64,000 nucleotides of DNA from Sulfolobales archaeon (GTDB lineage: Archaea; Thermoproteota; Thermoprotei_A; Sulfolobales; AG1): positions 1 through 64,000 of the forward strand of contig JAWBYA010000007.1 of assembly GCA_038867615.1 (NCBI GenBank), read 5' to 3'. The position numbers were made by a program, and so were the translations under genes. The notes under the pieces are model-generated. The model was not told where the DNA came from. It saw nothing but the letters and a program-made list of their open reading frames with translations, and made no database searches. Of the stretch, positions 60,738 through 64,000 are shown one piece after another (the stretch's first letter is position 1; the number at the start of each line of letters is the position of its first letter).

Positions 60738-62975
60738 TTGTATGTGGGGATCTGTTTGGTTGACGCGGATGATATCCTAGCTGGGCTTGGTGTTGAGGAG
60801 AAGATATCACTGCTTGTTGGTGCTGGTCTTTCTAGGATTGTGCTTGGTGCTGCTGGCGATACAAGGTCTATTGCTAGGCTTGGGATCCCTGGGATTGTTC
60901 TTTGTGATGGTCCTGCTGGTGTTAGGATACATCCTCTGAGGCTTGGTGATGCTAGGAAATACTATGTGATTTCTTTCCCCAACGAGATCTTGCTGGCTTC
61001 TAGCTGGAATCTTGATCTTGTTAGGAGTGTTGGGAGGGCTATTGGTGAGGAGGCTAGGTTCTTTGGCATCGATGTTATGCTGGCTCCTGGGCTGAATATG
61101 CATAGGCTGCCTATAGGTGGGAGGGTTTTTGAATACTTCTCAGAGGATCCCTTGCTCTCCGGCGAGATGGCCTCTGCGTATGTCGAGGGTGTTCAGTCAA
61201 CCGGTGTGGGGGCTACTTTGAAGCATTTTGTCGCCCACGAGCAGGAGGCTAATAGGTTGTTGATAAATGTTGTTGTTTCTGAGAGGGCTTTGAGGGAGAT
61301 CTATTTAAAGCCCTTCGAGATAGCTGTTAGGAGGGCTAGGCCGTGGGCTGTTATGGCTGCCTATAACAAGCTTAATGGTAAGTACTGCACACAGAACCCG
61401 TGGCTTTTAACCAAGGTTTTGAGGGAGGAGTGGGGCTATGATGGTCTTGTTATGACAGATTGGTTTGCGGGCGATAACTCTGTTGAGCAGATACTCTCAG
61501 GCATAGATCTCATAATGCCTGGCAGCGATGAGACTGTTGCAAGGCTTGTCGAAGCATATAGAAAGGGTGTTATAAGCGATGAGATCATTAACTTAAGGGC
61601 TAGAAAGGTTCTCGAGCTCGTGCTGAAGAGCCCTAGGTATAGAGGGCTGGGTGGTTATAGAGATCTTGATTTTGAGGGGCATGCTAGGATAGCCTATGAG
61701 GCTGCTGTAGAGGGTGTTGTTTTGCTGAAGAACGATGGTGCTTTACCACTATCTGGGAAGCCCTGTTTAGCTCTTTTCGGCAGGGGGTCTTACTGGACTG
61801 TTAAGGGGGGTCTTGGGAGTGGGGATTCGTATCCACGCTATGTTGTATCTATAGCGGATGGTTTGAAAGAGAGAGGTGTTTTGGTTGATGAGGAGGTTGA
61901 GAGGATCTATAGGAGTCTGACCCACAGGTTCTACGAGCTTGGCGAGTCTGTTTCTGTCTATAGAAGGCTTAGGGAGAAGGCTCTTGCCGAGACTGATGCT
62001 AGGCTTTTAGGGGCGTTGCTGACGCAATATTTCGATGCTATTGTTGAGTATATGCGTGTTATGCACCTGCAGGAGGATCCCTTTACAGATGATCTCCTTG
62101 AGAAGGTGGCTGAGAGATGCAACGCTGCTGTGATAACGATCTCGAGGATCTCTACGGAGGGTTTCGACAGATTCCCGGTTAAGGGTGATTACTATTTAAG
62201 GGACGATGAGCTCAGCCTGATCTCCAGGGTTTCCGGGGCTTTCCACAAGCATGGTAAGAGGGTTATCGTTGTGCTTAATATCCCAAGCCCTATCGATATA
62301 ACTAGCTGGAGGGATCTTGTAGACGCCATCCTCGTTCTCTGGCTTCCCGGGCAGGAGGCTGGGAGGGCTTTGGCCGATATTCTCCTCGGAAAGGTATCGC
62401 CGAGCGGTAAGCTGCCCCTAACATGGCCCAAGGATCTTTACGAAACACCTGCTATGAGAACATATCCAGGCACGCCCCGCGAGAACCCTGTGGGGGTTGT
62501 TTATAGTGAGGATATCTATCTAGGATATAGATACTACGATACCTTCGCACTCGAACCAGCCTACGAGTTCGGCTATGGTTTGAGCTACACAGCATTCGAG
62601 TACCGAGATCTAGAGGTAAAGCTAGACGGGGAATCGGTGATCGCGAGACTCAGAGTGGTTAATAAAGGCCCATACCCGGGTAAAGAGGTTGTGCAGATCT
62701 ATGTGAAAGCCCCGGGAAGCGGGGTCTATAGACCACTCCAAGAGCTCAAGGGGTTTTATAAAACAAAATTACTAGAATCAGGAGAGGGGGAGGATATCGA
62801 GGTGAAAATACCTCTAGAGATGCTGGCAATGTTTAGCGGGGGTAAATGGGTTGTGGAGGGAGGGGTCTATGAGATCAGGGTTGGAGCATCCTCGAGGGAT
62901 ATAAGGTTAAAAACAACGCTAGAGATACCGGGCATAATATGCTATGACGCTTCATGGAATAAAACAGCATGTTAG
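60738..62975 (+). CDS. GH3 beta-glucosidase
   Basis: DGPAGVR, APGLN.HR, EYFSEDP, KHF, VMTDW, VLLKN, PSGKLP, FGYGLSYT. Confidence 0.93.
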   Translation: MYVGICLVDADDILAGLGVEEKISLLVGAGLSRIVLGAAGDTRSIARLGIPGIVLCDGPAGVRIHPLRLGDARKYYVISFPNEILLASSWNLDLVRSVGRAIGEEARFFGIDVMLAPGLNMHRLPIGGRVFEYFSEDPLLSGEMASAYVEGVQSTGVGATLKHFVAHEQEANRLLINVVVSERALREIYLKPFEIAVRRARPWAVMAAYNKLNGKYCTQNPWLLTKVLREEWGYDGLVMTDWFAGDNSVEQILSGIDLIMPGSDETVARLVEAYRKGVISDEIINLRARKVLELVLKSPRYRGLGGYRDLDFEGHARIAYEAAVEGVVLLKNDGALPLSGKPCLALFGRGSYWTVKGGLGSGDSYPRYVVSIADGLKERGVLVDEEVERIYRSLTHRFYELGESVSVYRRLREKALAETDARLLGALLTQYFDAIVEYMRVMHLQEDPFTDDLLEKVAERCNAAVITISRISTEGFDRFPVKGDYYLRDDELSLISRVSGAFHKHGKRVIVVLNIPSPIDITSWRDLVDAILVLWLPGQEAGRALADILLGKVSPSGKLPLTWPKDLYETPAMRTYPGTPRENPVGVVYSEDIYLGYRYYDTFALEPAYEFGYGLSYTAFEYRDLEVKLDGESVIARLRVVNKGPYPGKEVVQIYVKAPGSGVYRPLQELKGFYKTKLLESGEGEDIEVKIPLEMLAMFSGGKWVVEGGVYEIRVGASSRDIRLKTTLEIPGIICYDASWNKTAC

Positions 62976-63403
62976 ATCGTGTGTTGAGCATTAGCTGGGT
63001 TTCCTCGGGCTCTATATTTAACCCGCGGGCTATTGGTTATGATATGCTATAGAACGATGATCCGATCCTTATCTTCTCAACGATCCTCGTCTTGATAGTT
63101 GTGATCTGTTTTCATCCGTGTACCGATTGTCCAGCATTGCTTTAGGGAGATCCTCTATGCCCAGGTTTTTAGCTGTGAAGCCTCCTATCTCGACCCTCAG
63201 AGGATCATATCTCCATATAGCCTTTTAGATAGCATGTCTCAGTAAGCAGCATGTACCGTGCACTGGGCTGCATAGCTATGCTGTCAATGCGCCTCTATGT
63301 AGAGGATTTATATGCATGCTTAGGATAAGCTGGTTATAACAGGCCTCCTATACCTCTGCAAGGGGTCTGAGTTACCAAAAAATAGTAACACACCCGGGTT
63401 GTG

Positions 63404-64000
63404 TCATTGTTCAGTATAAAGAGAGCGCCTATCTTTGGTTAGGATCGTTAAAAGATCTAGCACCAGGGTTTTAGCCTTCTCAAGATTCTCCGGGTTCACT
63501 TTATCCGTTGTATCGCTATACCAGTGATAATTGCCTATCATGCCGTTGATAAAGGCCATTAGGCTTGTTGCCCTCAAACCCATTCTCATTAGGGGTGTTG
63601 CGTCTGTGGGTAGCAGTTTATAGGTTACTGTTCGGATCCCTTTTAATGTGGAGAATTCTCTGACGATTTTTCTGAACTCCTCGTGGGAGCACCATGTTAA
63701 GATAGTTCCTTCGCACTCTGTAAAAGCGAGGTCTCCGATGCCTGGGTTATCTATATTAATAACTATGGAGTTTCTCAAGACCTCTTGTTTCTCTCTATAG
63801 AGGTGGTGGGAGCCTAGAAGGCCTACCTCTTCAGCTCCGGTGAAGGCGATTATTATCCTTGCCTTGTTCTTATCATCCTCAAAGCCTTTTGCTAGGGATT
63901 CCGCGACTCCGAGTAGGACTGCGACTCCTGAGGCGTTATCGTTAGCCCCGGGGACATAGTTGTGGAACAACTCCCTATGGATCAGAATTATGGTTGATAT
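63404..64000 (-). CDS. M28-family peptidase, C-terminal part (5'-truncated by window edge)
   Basis: GANDNASG, FTGAEEVGLLGS, NID, TD, YHWYSDT. Confidence 0.85.
   Translation of the reverse strand: MSTIILIHRELFHNYVPGANDNASGVAVLLGVAESLAKGFEDDKNKARIIIAFTGAEEVGLLGSHHLYREKQEVLRNSIVINIDNPGIGDLAFTECEGTILTWCSHEEFRKIVREFSTLKGIRTVTYKLLPTDATPLMRMGLRATSLMAFINGMIGNYHWYSDTTDKVNPENLEKAKTLVLDLLTILTKDRRSLYTEQ

Noticed and set aside
419-62431. Numerous short antisense/overlapping ORFs in the track (e.g. 3771-4250, 20942-21562, 43097-43702)
   Set aside because: Shadows of well-supported genes, with Ser/Leu/Pro-rich composition and no motifs.
1-64000. CRISPR arrays, cas genes, tRNA and rRNA genes
   Set aside because: No regularly spaced 24-40-bp repeats, cloverleaf or rRNA signatures were seen.

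Overview
64-kb window from a thermophilic crenarchaeon (Thermoprotei; Desulfurococcales/Sulfolobales-like, judged from TTG/GTG-rich starts, archaeal TATA/BRE promoters, DUF2192, AOR, POR and Sulfolobus-type malate synthase). Most of it is metabolic: sufS, nnr, a sugar ABC/GH65/beta-PGM/TrmB cluster, mobB-aor, ahbD/ahbC-like radical SAM genes, cbiE, porGDAB, malate synthase and a large lipid/glycerol-type locus. The most unusual features are non-coding. (1) A ~350-bp non-autonomous mobile element occurs in two full copies plus end fragments. It carries an internal TATA box and a predicted ~245-nt RNA with about six kink-turn motifs, resembles TnpB omega-RNA, and is inserted at a CC core without target duplication. 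A solo tnpB, missed by the ORF track, runs off the left edge. (2) A 219-nt highly base-paired orphan RNA with its own putative promoter and terminator lies at 33651-33869. Also notable: a candidate ether-lipid breakdown locus built around an alkyl-DHAP-synthase-like enzyme, two genes that appear to need ATA or ACG start codons, and a probably inactive DNA methyltransferase-like protein. All product calls come from motif recognition by eye; no database searches were run.
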